NCBI GenBank assembly: GCA_903870815.1
Contig: CAIQEI010000066.1
Span: 5,584-69,583 of the forward strand
DNA length: 64,000 nucleotides
From: an uncultured Verrucomicrobia subdivision 3 bacterium
GTDB taxonomy: Bacteria > Verrucomicrobiota > Verrucomicrobiia > Limisphaerales > UBA11358
Direction of reading: 5' to 3'
The position numbers were made by a program, and so were the translations under genes. This document shows positions 1 to 9,663 of this stretch, one piece after another; within the stretch, counting starts at the first letter, position 1, and each line of letters starts with the position of its first letter. The notes below the pieces were generated by a model, which was not told the DNA's origin, did not search any database, and worked only from the letters and a program-made list of their open reading frames with translations.

Positions 1-2301
1 CACCGCGATGGCCGCCAGCGAATACCAGGCCGCCGTGATGTAACTGTCCTTGAGCAGCGTGGTGTATTCCAAGAGTTGCACCGGCGTGCCGGTGATGACC
101 GGCTGGTTGCTGAGCTGGGGGTCGAGTTCCGCCCGCAGGGTATCAACGAATTCTTTTTGGTGGTCGTGCTGCCAGACATTTTTCCGGGGGTAAACCTGCA
201 GCAGAAACTTTCCGGTGGTGCCGACGAAACGGTCGCGCAAGGCCGGCGGCAAATCCTCGATCCGCAGCGGGGCGCGGTCGTCCTGCCGTTGCAACGTCTG
301 GAACGTCACCCGGAGATCATCGAACAGCGCCTGCTGGTATTCGGCCAGTTTGCGGCCGCGTTCGGCCAGCGCCGTGCGGTCGCCAGCCAGCATCGTGCGG
401 CGCAGATTCAACACCGTCTTTTGCAGCGAAGCCAGTTGCCGCGCCAGCGCCGGATCCGTCGGGCTGACTTCCGCCAACGCCGCGCCGAGGTAGCCGGAGA
501 ATGAGTACAACGTCCGGCTCAAATCATAGACATCCACCGGCCGCATATCCGGCGCGTTGAAATCCAGCGCCGCGACGGCCGCCTTGATTTCGGAAATCAG
601 GGTCAGCTTCGCGTTCGGGTTCTGGTGCAGATAGCCGGCGATGGATTCCACATCCGCCACCACGTTTGTCAGCGTCAGGATTTTCCGCTCCAACCGGACC
701 GCCTCGTCCAGGTTGGTCGCCACCACCGCGCCGAACAGCACCGATTTGTCCGCCGAATCAATCAGCTTTTGCTCGTACACCACCGCCGGCAGCCCCGCGC
801 TCTGCATGTTCAGCAAATTGTAGTCGAAGGACACTTTGCGCGCCTCGATGGCCGCCATCACGCTGATCACGATAATTACCAACGTAACCAGCATCGGTCG
901 CTCCAGCCAGAAGCTTTCAATCCGCGCCCGCCGGTCGTCCTCATGAATATCGTGGTCCATCACGTTTTGCCGGCCGCGCAGCAGCAGCACCGGCAGGATG
1001 GTCAGCATCGGAATCAGGCAGATCATCAGGCCGCCACCGCAGATGATCCCCATTTCCTTGATGCCCTTGAAATCGGTAAACGCCATCGCCGCGAACGCCC
1101 CGGCCGTCGTCAGCGCGCCGGTGAAAATGCCCTGCCCCGTGTACACCATCGCCTTGGTCAGCGCCTCCACTTCCGTCTGGCCATGCCGCAATTCCTCCTC
1201 GTACCGCGTAATGAGATGCACACCGAAATCGATCGCCAGCCCGATCAGCATCGGCAGGAACGTGATCGTCAGAATATTCAGGTGCCCCACCGTCACGGTC
1301 GCAATCGCAAACGTGTAGGCCAGCCCGAACAGCAGGCAAATCATCGCCTTGATTGGCCGCCCCGTTTCGTTGTAGCCATAGATGAAAATGATGGCGCAAA
1401 GGATCAGCGACACAATGCCAGCCACCATGGTGTCCTTTTGCGACTGCGCCATCTCGTCATGTTCCAGCACCGGCTCGCCGGTCAGCCCGGCGTTGACGCC
1501 GGTAACCTCCCGCCGCGTCTGCTGCACCAGCGCGCGAATGCGCTCGACGGCCGCGTCGCTCAACTCGTCGCTTGGCGCGTGGGCGGTGACGAGAAAAATG
1601 TTTCCGTGGTTGAAGGTGATATAGGCGCCCGCCGTCGCCTCGTCGCCGGCGGCAAACAGCGCCGTCACGCCCGGCGAGGGCGGCGCGCCGGGCCGCTCAA
1701 GGCTGTCCTGCGCCTGCTGCAAAATGCGGTCCAGCGCCGGGAGCGACTTTATCAGCGCGTCGTTCTGCGCGTTGTCCTCGCGCTTCGCCGTACGGAACTG
1801 CGTGTTGACCAGGTCAAAAAAAGAAACCAGGTTCGTCGTCTGCGAAAATTTCCGGATAAACGGCAGGTCCTCCTTCACCGTATCGCGCAATCCGACCAGG
1901 TCGGTTTCCGGCACGAACAGCAGCGCTTTGCTGCCCATCATCGGCAAATCGCCCTTGTAAAAGACGTCCTTGAACAAGTTCGTCTCCGCCTCCAGCCGCG
2001 CGCCGAGCCGCTCCACGAACTGCCGGTTCTTCTCGACGTTTTCGCTTTCCACCACCACCACCAGGTCGTCCTGCTGGGGAAACTCCTTCTGGAACTCCAG
2101 GAAATTGTGGTGATAACGCTGGTTGCCGCCCACGAGGTTGTTCCGGTCCGTGTCGAACTGGAGATATTTCACCGTGACCGCGATGCACACGAAGAACAGC
2201 GCCACCTGCGGCCAGAAAAACCAGCGGGGCTGCCGAACAATGGCCGTCGTCAGCTTGCCCAGCACCCGGGCCAGAAAACTGTCTGGACTCAGCGCTTTCA
2301 T
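1..2301 (-). CDS. RND/MMPL-superfamily membrane exporter (HpnN-like), C-terminus cut by window edge
   Basis: Absent from the ORF track because it runs off the edge. My reverse-strand translation from ATG at 2301 gives MKALSPDSFLARVLGKLTTAIVRQPRW..., later ...VGHLNILTITFLPMLIGLAIDFGVHLITRYEEE (MMPL/RND TM bundle). The frame is open at both ends hand-checked (1-60, 2221-2301) and no stop-bounded ORF is listed in it. The + ORF 625..2583 is its antisense shadow. Confidence 0.8.
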   Translation of the reverse strand, partial: MKALSPDSFLARVLGKLTTAIVRQPRWFFWPQVALFFVCIAVTVKYLQFDTDRNNLVGGNQRYHHNFLEFQKEFPQQDDLVVVVESENVEKNRQFVERLGARLEAETNLFKDVFYKGDLPMMGSKALLFVPETDLVGLRDTVKEDLPFIRKFSQTTNLVSFFDLVNTQFRTAKREDNAQNDALIKSLPALDRILQQAQDSLERPGAPPSPGVTALFAAGDEATAGAYITFNHGNIFLVTAHAPSDELSDAAVERIRALVQQTRREVTGVNAGLTGEPVLEHDEMAQSQKDTMVAGIVSLILCAIIFIYGYNETGRPIKAMICLLFGLAYTFAIATVTVGHLNILTITFLPMLIGLAIDFGVHLITRYEEELRHGQTEVEALTKAMVYTGQGIFTGALTTAGAFAAMAFTDFKGIKEMGIICGGGLMICLIPMLTILPVLLLRGRQNVMDHDIHEDDRRARIESFWLERPMLVTLVIIVISVMAAIEARKVSFDYNLLNMQSAGLPAVVYEQKLIDSADKSVLFGAVVATNLDEAVRLERKILTLTNVVADVESIAGYLHQNPNAKLTLISEIKAAVAALDFNAPDMRPVDVYDLSRTLYSFSGYLGAALAEVSPTDPALARQLASLQKTVLNLRRTMLAGDRTALAERGRKLAEYQQALFDDLRVTFQTLQRQDDRAPLRIEDLPPALRDRFVGTTGKFLLQVYPRKNVWQHDHQKEFVDTLRAELDPQLSNQPVITGTPVQLLEYTTLLKDSYITAAWYSLAAIAV

Positions 2302-2307
2302 CGCGCG

Positions 2308-2646
2308 TCAGGCCGCCGGCTCCACAAACACTGCCGTGCCGTAGCACAGCACCTCGGTGATGCCGGGCGCGATCTCCGTGGCGTCGTAGCGCACGCCAAT
2401 AACCGCGTTGGCACCGAGCTGCCCCGCGTGGGCGATCATCTGGTTGAACGTATCCTCCCGAGCGCGCTCGCACAGGCTGGTGTAAATCGAGATATTGCCG
2501 CCGAAGATGGACTGGAGGCTCGCGCCAAAATTGCCGACGATGGAGCGCGACCGCACGATGATGCCGCGCACCACGCCGAATGACTTGACCGTGCGGTAAC
2601 CCGGTAATTCAAACGCCGTCGTCGTCAGGGGATGGGTCAGATTCAT
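2308..2646 (-). CDS. YbjQ/UPF0145 family protein
   Basis: ORF 2308..2682. [28 protein letters not shown]...[11 protein letters not shown] resembles E. coli YbjQ. Start placed at internal Met (MNLTHPL). Lies 6 nt upstream of the MMPL start. Confidence 0.8.
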   Translation of the reverse strand: MNLTHPLTTTAFELPGYRTVKSFGVVRGIIVRSRSIVGNFGASLQSIFGGNISIYTSLCERAREDTFNQMIAHAGQLGANAVIGVRYDATEIAPGITEVLCYGTAVFVEPAA

Positions 2647-2744
2647 AAAGCGAAGATTGAACACGACCCGCCGCATTCGCAAAAGTCAAATCGACGCCGA
2701 TTTATTCCGAAGGAAAGACGGGGGGAAATCAATTTAATACCGGA

Positions 2745-3089
2745 TCAGCCTGGCGGCCAGCCCAGGTTACGGCCGCCGAGGATATGGCAGTGCAGGTACG
2801 GCACGGTTTCGCCGCCGTCCGCGCCATTGTTGATGACGAGCCGGTAGCCGGCCTTTTTCAAACCCACTTGGTCCGCGACTTCGGCGGCCTTGAGCAGCAG
2901 ATGACCGAGCAACTTGTGGTCGTCCGGCCTGGCCTCGGCAATGCGCGGCACCAGCCGTTTCGGGAAAATCAGGACATGCGTGGGCGCCTGCGGGTGGAGG
3001 TCGCGGATGGCGAGCACGAGGTCGTCTTCATAAACGATTTGCGCGGGGATTTCGCGCGCGACAATTTTTTCGAAGACAGTTTTGCTCAT
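2745..3089 (-). CDS. HIT-family (HinT-like) nucleotide hydrolase
   Basis: ORF 2745..3194. MSKTVFEKIVAREIPAQIVYEDD... and histidine-triad motif PYLHCHILGG. Start placed at MSKTVF (3089), because upstream codons lie in a repeat element. Confidence 0.85.
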   Translation of the reverse strand: MSKTVFEKIVAREIPAQIVYEDDLVLAIRDLHPQAPTHVLIFPKRLVPRIAEARPDDHKLLGHLLLKAAEVADQVGLKKAGYRLVINNGADGGETVPYLHCHILGGRNLGWPPG

Positions 3090-3105
3090 GGCGAATTTTT
3101 GACAT

Positions 3106-3170
3106 GGATTCCGCGGATTTGCACGAATTAAAAATAGCAAAATCCAATCCGTGAAAATCCGTGGAATCCG
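3106..3170. repeat. Inverted pair of AATCCGYGRA words (hairpin-capable) in the HIT-gene leader
   Basis: 3106-3120 ggattccgcggattt is 14/15 complementary to 3155-3169 aaatccgtggaatcc. The right arm is tandem aatccgtgaa/aatccgtgga/atccg (3146-3170). Confidence 0.7.
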
Positions 3171-3180
3171 GGTCTGAAAA

Positions 3181-3729
3181 TCATTCCACGACAAGCGCGC
3201 AGCCGGGCTTTTCAGCTTCCTGGTTCATGCATTGGCGGAGGAAGTCCACGATCTGGTCCTGAAGCTGTTCGCAGCGGCTGCTCCAACGGCGCGCGCCGGC
3301 GATCTGCTTCACACAGCCGCGCAGACCACGAAACCGCACGATGCGGGGCGAGGCACGAAGCTGGACACGGAGTTCGTCGCGGAGGCGCGGGAAGAAAAAG
3401 AGTTCCAGGCTGCCGCCCGCCTCCCGGATAAGCCGGGCGAGGTCGGTGTCGTGGATCTCCGCATCAGATCCGCCGGCGTGGATGGTGTAACCAAGGTGGT
3501 GCAGGACTTTTTCGAGCGCGAGGGAAAATTCGCCGACCGTGACAGTTTCACGTTCCAGCTCGACCTTGAAATAATGGAACACGCTCGCGGCGGCATGCCG
3601 GAGCATTTCGGGTTCGAGCGGACAATCGGGACCCCCGACGATCTCCACGGCAATCATCTCCGACGAGCAGGGGATGCTTTCGCCGTTGACGAGTTGGAAG
3701 AGCAGGCAGTCGGTGTGGAGGGCGATCAT
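3181..3729 (-). CDS. Hypothetical protein, translationally coupled to nrdR
   Basis: 182-aa ORF with normal composition and no family I recognise. Its ATG overlaps the nrdR stop (ATGA at 3726-3729). Confidence 0.6.
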   Translation of the reverse strand: MIALHTDCLLFQLVNGESIPCSSEMIAVEIVGGPDCPLEPEMLRHAAASVFHYFKVELERETVTVGEFSLALEKVLHHLGYTIHAGGSDAEIHDTDLARLIREAGGSLELFFFPRLRDELRVQLRASPRIVRFRGLRGCVKQIAGARRWSSRCEQLQDQIVDFLRQCMNQEAEKPGCALVVE

Positions 3730-4181
3730 TTCGCGGCCTCCAGCTTTTTGACTTCCTGCACAAAATCGGTGGCCTCGGCGAAGCGCCGGTAAACGCTGGC
3801 AAAGCGGACATAGGCGACTTCATCGAGTTCGCGCAGGCCGTCCATGACCATGGTCCCGATGTAATCGCCGGGAACTTCGGCTTCATATTTCACGGTGACG
3901 GTGGCGACGATGTGATCCACGAGGTCGTCGATGGCTTTCGGGGAGACGGGCCGTTTCTGACAGGCTTTGCGAATGCCCGACAGGAGTTTTTCGCGGGAAA
4001 ACTCCTCATGGCGGCCGTCGCGCTTTAGAACCATAAGGCCTTCGTGTTCGACTTCCTCGTAGGTGGTGAAGCGATGCTGGCATTGGGCGCATTCGCGGCG
4101 GCGGCGGATGGTCGCGCCTTCACGGGAGGCGCGCGAGTCAATGACCTTGTCGTCCTGACAACCACATTTAGGGCAACGCAT
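3726..4181 (-). CDS. nrdR: Transcriptional repressor NrdR
   Basis: MRCPKCGCQDDKVIDSRASREGATIRRRRECAQCQHRFTTYE: zinc ribbon followed by an ATP-cone. 151 aa is the typical length. Confidence 0.95.
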   Translation of the reverse strand: MRCPKCGCQDDKVIDSRASREGATIRRRRECAQCQHRFTTYEEVEHEGLMVLKRDGRHEEFSREKLLSGIRKACQKRPVSPKAIDDLVDHIVATVTVKYEAEVPGDYIGTMVMDGLRELDEVAYVRFASVYRRFAEATDFVQEVKKLEAAK

Positions 4182-4185
4182 AAAA

Positions 4186-4201
4186 CCACTGCTAATAGTG
4201 G
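4186..4201. promoter_or_regulatory. Candidate NrdR box (16-bp imperfect palindrome)
   Basis: ccactgctaatagtgg has CCACT/AGTGG arms and resembles the acaCwAtATaTwGtgt-type NrdR box. It lies 4 nt upstream of the nrdR start in the nrdR/efp divergent region. The second box is weak (atacaacgatttgtgg, 4215-4230). Confidence 0.3.
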
Positions 4202-4338
4202 CTGCTCTTTTTTAGCATACAACGATTTGTGGTGTCAAGGAATGCCGGTGAATCCGGCAAAAGCCTCTTGCGTTCGGGCTTTTTGGCGGTATCCTGTGCA
4301 ACTCATTTTTCGAGCGACTAAAAGCTAACAATAATTTT

Positions 4339-4896
4339 ATGGCAACAGCAAACGATCTTCGCCGCGGCATGGCGATCAATTACAACGGCGACATCTGCGT
4401 GGTCCTGGATTTCCAGCACCGCACGCCCGGCAACCTGCGCGCCTTCGTCCAGGCCTCCCTGCGGAGCATCCGCACGGGCAAATCGTCCGACATCCGCCTC
4501 AGTTCGACCGAAAAGATCGAGCCGGTTCCGATGATCGCCAAAAAGATGGAATACAGCTACAAGGACGGGGCAGACTACGTTTTCACCGACCCGGAAAACT
4601 ACGAAACCGTGACCCTCACGTCCGAGCTGGTAGGCGATGCCAAGAATTACCTCGTGGAAAACGGCCTGGTCACCGTGACGTTCGTTGAGGAGAAGGCCGT
4701 GACCGTGGAGATTCCGTCCAGCGTCATCCTCACCGTCACCGACGCGCCGGAAGGCGTGCGCGGCGATTCCGCGAACAACGTCCAGAAGGCCATCATCCTT
4801 GAGACCGGCATCACCATGCAGGCGCCCTTGTTCATCAAGACCGGCGAAAAAATCCGGGTGGACACGCGCACCGGAAAATACATGGAACGCGCCTGA
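4339..4896 (+). CDS. efp: Elongation factor P
   Basis: MATANDLRRGMAINYNGDICVVLDFQHRTPGNLRAFVQ... 185 aa, a canonical EF-P. Confidence 0.95.
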   Translation: MATANDLRRGMAINYNGDICVVLDFQHRTPGNLRAFVQASLRSIRTGKSSDIRLSSTEKIEPVPMIAKKMEYSYKDGADYVFTDPENYETVTLTSELVGDAKNYLVENGLVTVTFVEEKAVTVEIPSSVILTVTDAPEGVRGDSANNVQKAIILETGITMQAPLFIKTGEKIRVDTRTGKYMERA

Positions 4897-4937
4897 CGAG
4901 AATACCGAAACCTGAATTTTTTAATTCGCATTTCCCA

Positions 4938-4960
4938 AGCCCGCTGCGCGCGGGCTTTTT
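4938..4960 (+). terminator. Rho-independent terminator after efp
   Basis: Stem agcccgc (4938-4944) / gcgggct (4950-4956), 5-nt loop, followed by tttt. Confidence 0.7.
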
Positions 4961-5042
4961 CATTGGCGGAAAAGTTTTTCCGGTTTTTGAGAGGAAAGGC
5001 TTTTCAACTCCGGCGGGCTGGGTTATCTCTGGTTAAAATCTT

Positions 5043-6818
5043 ATGACAGGGCCGGTCAAAGGTGAAAAAATTTATCGCGGTATTCCCGTTTCGGCGGGCG
5101 TGTGCCGCGGGAAAATCCTGCTGCTCCATCAGGCCCGCCACGTCATCAGCCGGCGCGAACTGCCCGGCCCCAGCGTGGAACCGGAGGTCAAGCGCTTTGA
5201 ACAGTCGCTCGTCCGCACCCGCCAACAGATCACCGAGGTCCAGCGCCGCGTCTCCGAGACGATGAGCTCGTCCGAGGCGGACATCTTCGACGCGCACCTG
5301 CTGATGCTCGAAGACCGCGTGCTGATCGAGGAGGTGATCAAGATCATCCGCGAAAAAAAGGCCAACGCCGAGTTTGCCTTTCATACCGCGGCCGAAAAAT
5401 ACATCGCCGTGCTCGAAAACGTGGATGACGAATATCTCCGCGAACGCGCCGCCGACCTCCGCGACCTCACCGGCCGGGTGCTGGACATCCTGCTGGAGGT
5501 CAAGGACCAGCTCGACCTCCGGCACCTGAGCGAACCGTGCATCCTGGTCAGCCACGATTTGAGTCCGTCCATGACGGCGCAACTGGACCGGAAATATGTC
5601 CTTGGCTTCGTCACCGACATCGGCGGCAAGACGTCGCACACTGCCATCCTGTCGCGTTCGTTGGACATTCCCGCCATCGTCGGCGCGCAAGGCATCAGCG
5701 AGGAACTGGAGACCGGCGACTACGCCCTTCTCGACGGTTATAACGGCACCATCATCGTCAACCCCACAGACCAGACGCTGTTTGAATACGGCCAGCTCGC
5801 GAAGATCAAAGCCTCGCTGGATGAGAAACTTCGCGAAGTCCAGCACCAGCCCGCCGTCACACTCGACGGCAAGACCGTCCACCTGTCAGCGAATATCGAG
5901 GATCAACACGACATCCAAGCCGTCCTGGCACACGGGGCCGAAGGCGTGGGTTTATTTCGCACGGAATTTTTGTTCATCAACCGCGACCAGTTGCCGACCG
6001 AAGAGGAGCAATACGCGGTATACCGCCAGGTCGCCGACGCGCTCAAGCCGCATCCCGTCATCATCCGCACCCTGGACCTGGGCGGCGACAAATTCGCCTC
6101 GCACCTCCAGCTCGCCCAGGAGATGAACCCGTTTCTCGGCTGGCGCGCCATCCGGTTCTGCCTGGCGCAGCCGGAGATGTTTCGCGCCCAGCTCCGTGCC
6201 ATCCTCCGCGCCAGCGCCGGCGGCAACGTGAAGATGATGTACCCCATGATCTCCGGGCTGGACGAGCTGAACCAGGCCAACGCGCACGTCGAAAGCTGCA
6301 AGGCCGAGCTGCGTGCCGAAAACATCCCCTTCGCCGAAAACCTGGAGATCGGCGCGATGATGGAGATACCCTCCGCCGTGCTCATCGCCGACACGCTGGC
6401 CAAGCGGGTAAAGTTTTTCAGCATCGGCTCGAACGATTTGATCCAATACACCCTGGCTGCCGACCGTACGAACGAAAAGGTTTCGCATCTCTACGAGCCG
6501 ACGCATCCGGCGATCCTGCGGCTCATCAAGATGACCGTGGACGCCGCGCACGCGAACGGCATCTGGGCCGGCGTCTGCGGCGAGATCGCCGGTGATCCGG
6601 TGCTGACGCCCTTGCTGCTGGGCCTCGGCGTGGATGAACTGAGCGCCGCCCCCGCCGTGCTTGACCAGGTGAAATACATCATCCGTCGCCTCAAGCTGGA
6701 CGAGGCGCGGGCGTTAGCGGAATTCGCGCTGGCCAGCGAATCCCCGACCCAGATCTTCGCCCGCTGCGTGGAGTTCGCCCGCCAGACCGCGCCGAGCTTG
6801 TTTGAAAGCAAGGCGTGA
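5043..6818 (+). CDS. ptsI: Phosphoenolpyruvate-protein phosphotransferase (PTS enzyme I)
   Basis: 591 aa. GGKTSHTAILSRSLDIPAIVG (phospho-His region) and GLFRTEFLF...FFSIGSNDLIQYTLA. Confidence 0.95.
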   Translation: MTGPVKGEKIYRGIPVSAGVCRGKILLLHQARHVISRRELPGPSVEPEVKRFEQSLVRTRQQITEVQRRVSETMSSSEADIFDAHLLMLEDRVLIEEVIKIIREKKANAEFAFHTAAEKYIAVLENVDDEYLRERAADLRDLTGRVLDILLEVKDQLDLRHLSEPCILVSHDLSPSMTAQLDRKYVLGFVTDIGGKTSHTAILSRSLDIPAIVGAQGISEELETGDYALLDGYNGTIIVNPTDQTLFEYGQLAKIKASLDEKLREVQHQPAVTLDGKTVHLSANIEDQHDIQAVLAHGAEGVGLFRTEFLFINRDQLPTEEEQYAVYRQVADALKPHPVIIRTLDLGGDKFASHLQLAQEMNPFLGWRAIRFCLAQPEMFRAQLRAILRASAGGNVKMMYPMISGLDELNQANAHVESCKAELRAENIPFAENLEIGAMMEIPSAVLIADTLAKRVKFFSIGSNDLIQYTLAADRTNEKVSHLYEPTHPAILRLIKMTVDAAHANGIWAGVCGEIAGDPVLTPLLLGLGVDELSAAPAVLDQVKYIIRRLKLDEARALAEFALASESPTQIFARCVEFARQTAPSLFESKA

Positions 6819-6836
6819 AGCGGGTCCAGGCGGGGC

Positions 6837-8147
6837 TTATCGAGCCGCCTCCCGCCGGATGCGGGCAGCAATCGTTTCGCCTTCGCGGACGGCGTAGTTA
6901 GTCCCCCGGTCCTCCGGAAAGATCTGCGAAAAGTTTGCGAGGAAAACGCCCGGCAGCGGCGTTTGGTGATCCGGAATTTTTTCCACATAATCCGTGTCCA
7001 CGATGTGCTGCGCGGCCCGGAAACGGAAAACGTGCCGCTCCCCCACCTGCGCCGGATAGAAGCCGGGGAACATTTTCGGCAGATACGCAAACCAAAGCCG
7101 GGTCAGCTCTTCATCCGGCAAGAGATAAGTTTTATCGTCCGGCGGGAGATAGGCACCGAGGTAATAGACATTTTTCCCGCCGTAAGCTTTTTTATCCACC
7201 AGGTTCGTGTGCTGGATGAAGACGAGGAACGGCGCCTCGGGTTCGTTGACGTTAATCCAGTAGAAATCCCCGAGATCCTGGTCGCTCGTAAAGATCAGGC
7301 ACGCAGCTCCGAGATACTCAATGCGGCGGAGCTGCGCGGCATATTCGTCCAGTTTCCCGCCCGCGGGCAAAATCCTTGCGAGCGACGCCGACGGGCCAGT
7401 GAAGAGGCAGAAGTCGAACGCCACCTTTTCCCGGTTGACGATGGCGGCGCGTTCGTCGGCGAGCAGTTTTTCCACGGTTGCCCCGGTCTGGATGACCACG
7501 CCCCGCCGGCGGATTTCATGTTCGAGCGCCGAGGTTACGGCGTTGAAGCCGCCCCGAAAATAGCCAAGTTTTTCCCCGCCGCCGCCGGAACGGGAGTTGG
7601 CGCGGATGTGGATGCGCGCCCAGAACCACGCCATAGAAACCCGGTCAAAATGGCGCCCGAACTTGCCCTTGAGCAGCGGTGTCCAAATGGTATCCATTGC
7701 GCTGCGGCCGCAGGTGCGCGTCAGCCAGGCGTGGGCGGTCTGGCGGGTGAACCCGCGCCAGTTTTTCCGGTGCTTGAGATATAACGAGGCGAAGCCGGTG
7801 CGCAAACGCCCCGGGAAACTACAAGGCGCGAACCGCAGCAAATCCAGCGGCGACTTGAAGGGGTGAATCCGGCCGTCGCGGAAGATGGCCATGGAACTAT
7901 CGCACCACAACAATTGGTCCTGCAGGCCGAGTTCTTTGACCAGGTCAAGAATTGCGGTGTCGGTTAGAAAAAGGTGGTGGTACGTTTTTTCCAGGGTCGT
8001 GCCACCGAGCGGAAAGCCGGCGGCCAGTCCGCCGAGTTGGGCCGCGCTTTCAATGAGGGTGACGGACAAGTCAGGGTCCGCCGACAAACGCAGCGCGGCG
8101 GTGAGGCCCGTGAAGCCGCCGCCCACAATCAGTATTTTTTTAGGCAT
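6837..8147 (-). CDS. NAD(P)/FAD-dependent oxidoreductase (amine-oxidase / HemY-like fold)
   Basis: N-terminal Rossmann motif KILIVGGGFTGLTAALRL...ESAAQLGG. 436 aa. Confidence 0.75.
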   Translation of the reverse strand: MPKKILIVGGGFTGLTAALRLSADPDLSVTLIESAAQLGGLAAGFPLGGTTLEKTYHHLFLTDTAILDLVKELGLQDQLLWCDSSMAIFRDGRIHPFKSPLDLLRFAPCSFPGRLRTGFASLYLKHRKNWRGFTRQTAHAWLTRTCGRSAMDTIWTPLLKGKFGRHFDRVSMAWFWARIHIRANSRSGGGGEKLGYFRGGFNAVTSALEHEIRRRGVVIQTGATVEKLLADERAAIVNREKVAFDFCLFTGPSASLARILPAGGKLDEYAAQLRRIEYLGAACLIFTSDQDLGDFYWINVNEPEAPFLVFIQHTNLVDKKAYGGKNVYYLGAYLPPDDKTYLLPDEELTRLWFAYLPKMFPGFYPAQVGERHVFRFRAAQHIVDTDYVEKIPDHQTPLPGVFLANFSQIFPEDRGTNYAVREGETIAARIRREAAR

Positions 8148-8219
8148 GAACGTCAGAGGTGGCTCCGGACGAACTTTTGCCGGAACCGGAGTCCGAGCCG
8201 GGGATGGTTTGGTTTCGCC

Positions 8220-9663
8220 TCACGGGTTCGGGCCGGGGGTTGGCCGCAGCAGCCAGCGCACGGCGGGGCTGTCACCCCGGCCCTGATATTGCGAGGCGAG
8301 GTCAAACCTCGGGTCGGTCATGTCAGTCAAACTTCGCCAGCCCTTAAATTTGACGACGTGTTCATAAGAATAGCAATCAATCGAATTGCTCAGCGTGTTT
8401 TTCAGCAGGTGGCCGGCGGGGAGGAGCGCGCCGATAAACAGCCCGCCGGTCAGCAGCAGGCAGAGCGGCCGGTCCAGGGAAAAATTTTCAGACATCATGA
8501 TCCGCACGGCCGAGAGCGCGAGAAAGAGCAGCGCGGGCGCACTGGCCTGCAACCGGAGGTCGCTGTAAATCCCGAATTTGTAAAGAGGGAGCAGCAGCAG
8601 CACGATGATCGAGCCAGAGAAACAGGATTGGCAGGAACATGAGGATCAGGAACAGCGCGTAGTATAACAACCATTGTGACCCGGGCAAAAACGTCCCGAT
8701 AAAACCCTTGTCAGGCAGCGGCAGATGGCCTTGAAAATAGATGGCCAGGATGACGAGCAGGCCGCCGCCGCCGAGGAGGTTGAGCGGTTCGATATAATCC
8801 CGCCAGCGCACCCGCTGCCACGCGGCCAGCGGCACCAGCAGCAGGCCCAAGCTGGTCAGCGGACTCCAAAAGACGCACAAGGCCCAAACGAATATCGCTC
8901 CGCGCGGATTTTTCCGCGCCCAGAGCATTTCATACAACACGGCGGTGCCGAGCCAGCCGGTGAGCGCATGCTGCGGCGTGTAGTTGAAACGCGTGAAGCT
9001 ATCAAAACCATTGAACAGCAGGCCGCCGTAAAGGAGTTTGGGCTCCAGGGCGGCGGTGGTGATCACGCCGGGCAGGCCATGCGACTTAAACAGAGCCCAG
9101 AGGATTGCGGTAGGGGCAAACAATAGGATGGCAGCGATCGTCACCCGGGGTGATTTCGACACGGTGGCGGCCCACCAGAAAAACAAAGCCAATCCGGCAA
9201 AGGTCCAGAGGAAGGTGAGGGTGCGGATTGCCTCCACCCCTAGCACCCGGCCGCCCAGCGCGGGCACGAGGTAATAGCCGACCGCATAGCACAGATACGT
9301 CCCGCCGCCGGCGTGCGGATATTTTACCGGCCAGCTTGAACTGGTCAGGTCGTGAAAGAGCAGGTTGTGCTTCATGTAATCGCTGCCTTGCGGCAGCACG
9401 CCGCCCACCCCAACAAACAACGTCCACAAAAACGCCACCGGCAGGACCAAGAGCAGGAGCTTGCGAGCGAGCGCGGGCCGGGTGGCCGGCTGTTTCTGCC
9501 AACCGAGCCAAGCCACGCAACCGGCTACAATCAGGGCGACAGGGATGCCGATGGCCGGGCGCACCCAGCCGAGCAAGAATATCAGGCAGGGAAGGGCGAG
9601 ATACGCCACGGACAGCGCCAGGAAATGGTCGCGTCGGGGCGGGGTTGTGTCTTCGGTCTCCAT
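8220..9663 (-). pseudogene. Polytopic membrane protein interrupted by a 1-nt frame shift near 8605-8612
   Basis: ORF 8488..9756 reads as hydrophobic TM protein up to ...FLPILFLWL, then turns Arg/Ala-rich nonsense. ORF 8220..8603 in the adjacent frame continues as TM protein (IIVLLLLPLYKFGIY...). Likely start METEDTT at 9663. Confidence 0.55.

Noticed and set aside
625-2583. 652-aa + strand ORF, the longest ORF in the first 3 kb
   Set aside because: The composition is extremely Arg/His/Gln-rich and protein-unlike. It lies exactly antisense to a well-formed MMPL/RND exporter reading frame that I translated by hand, so it is a classic high-GC antisense shadow ORF.
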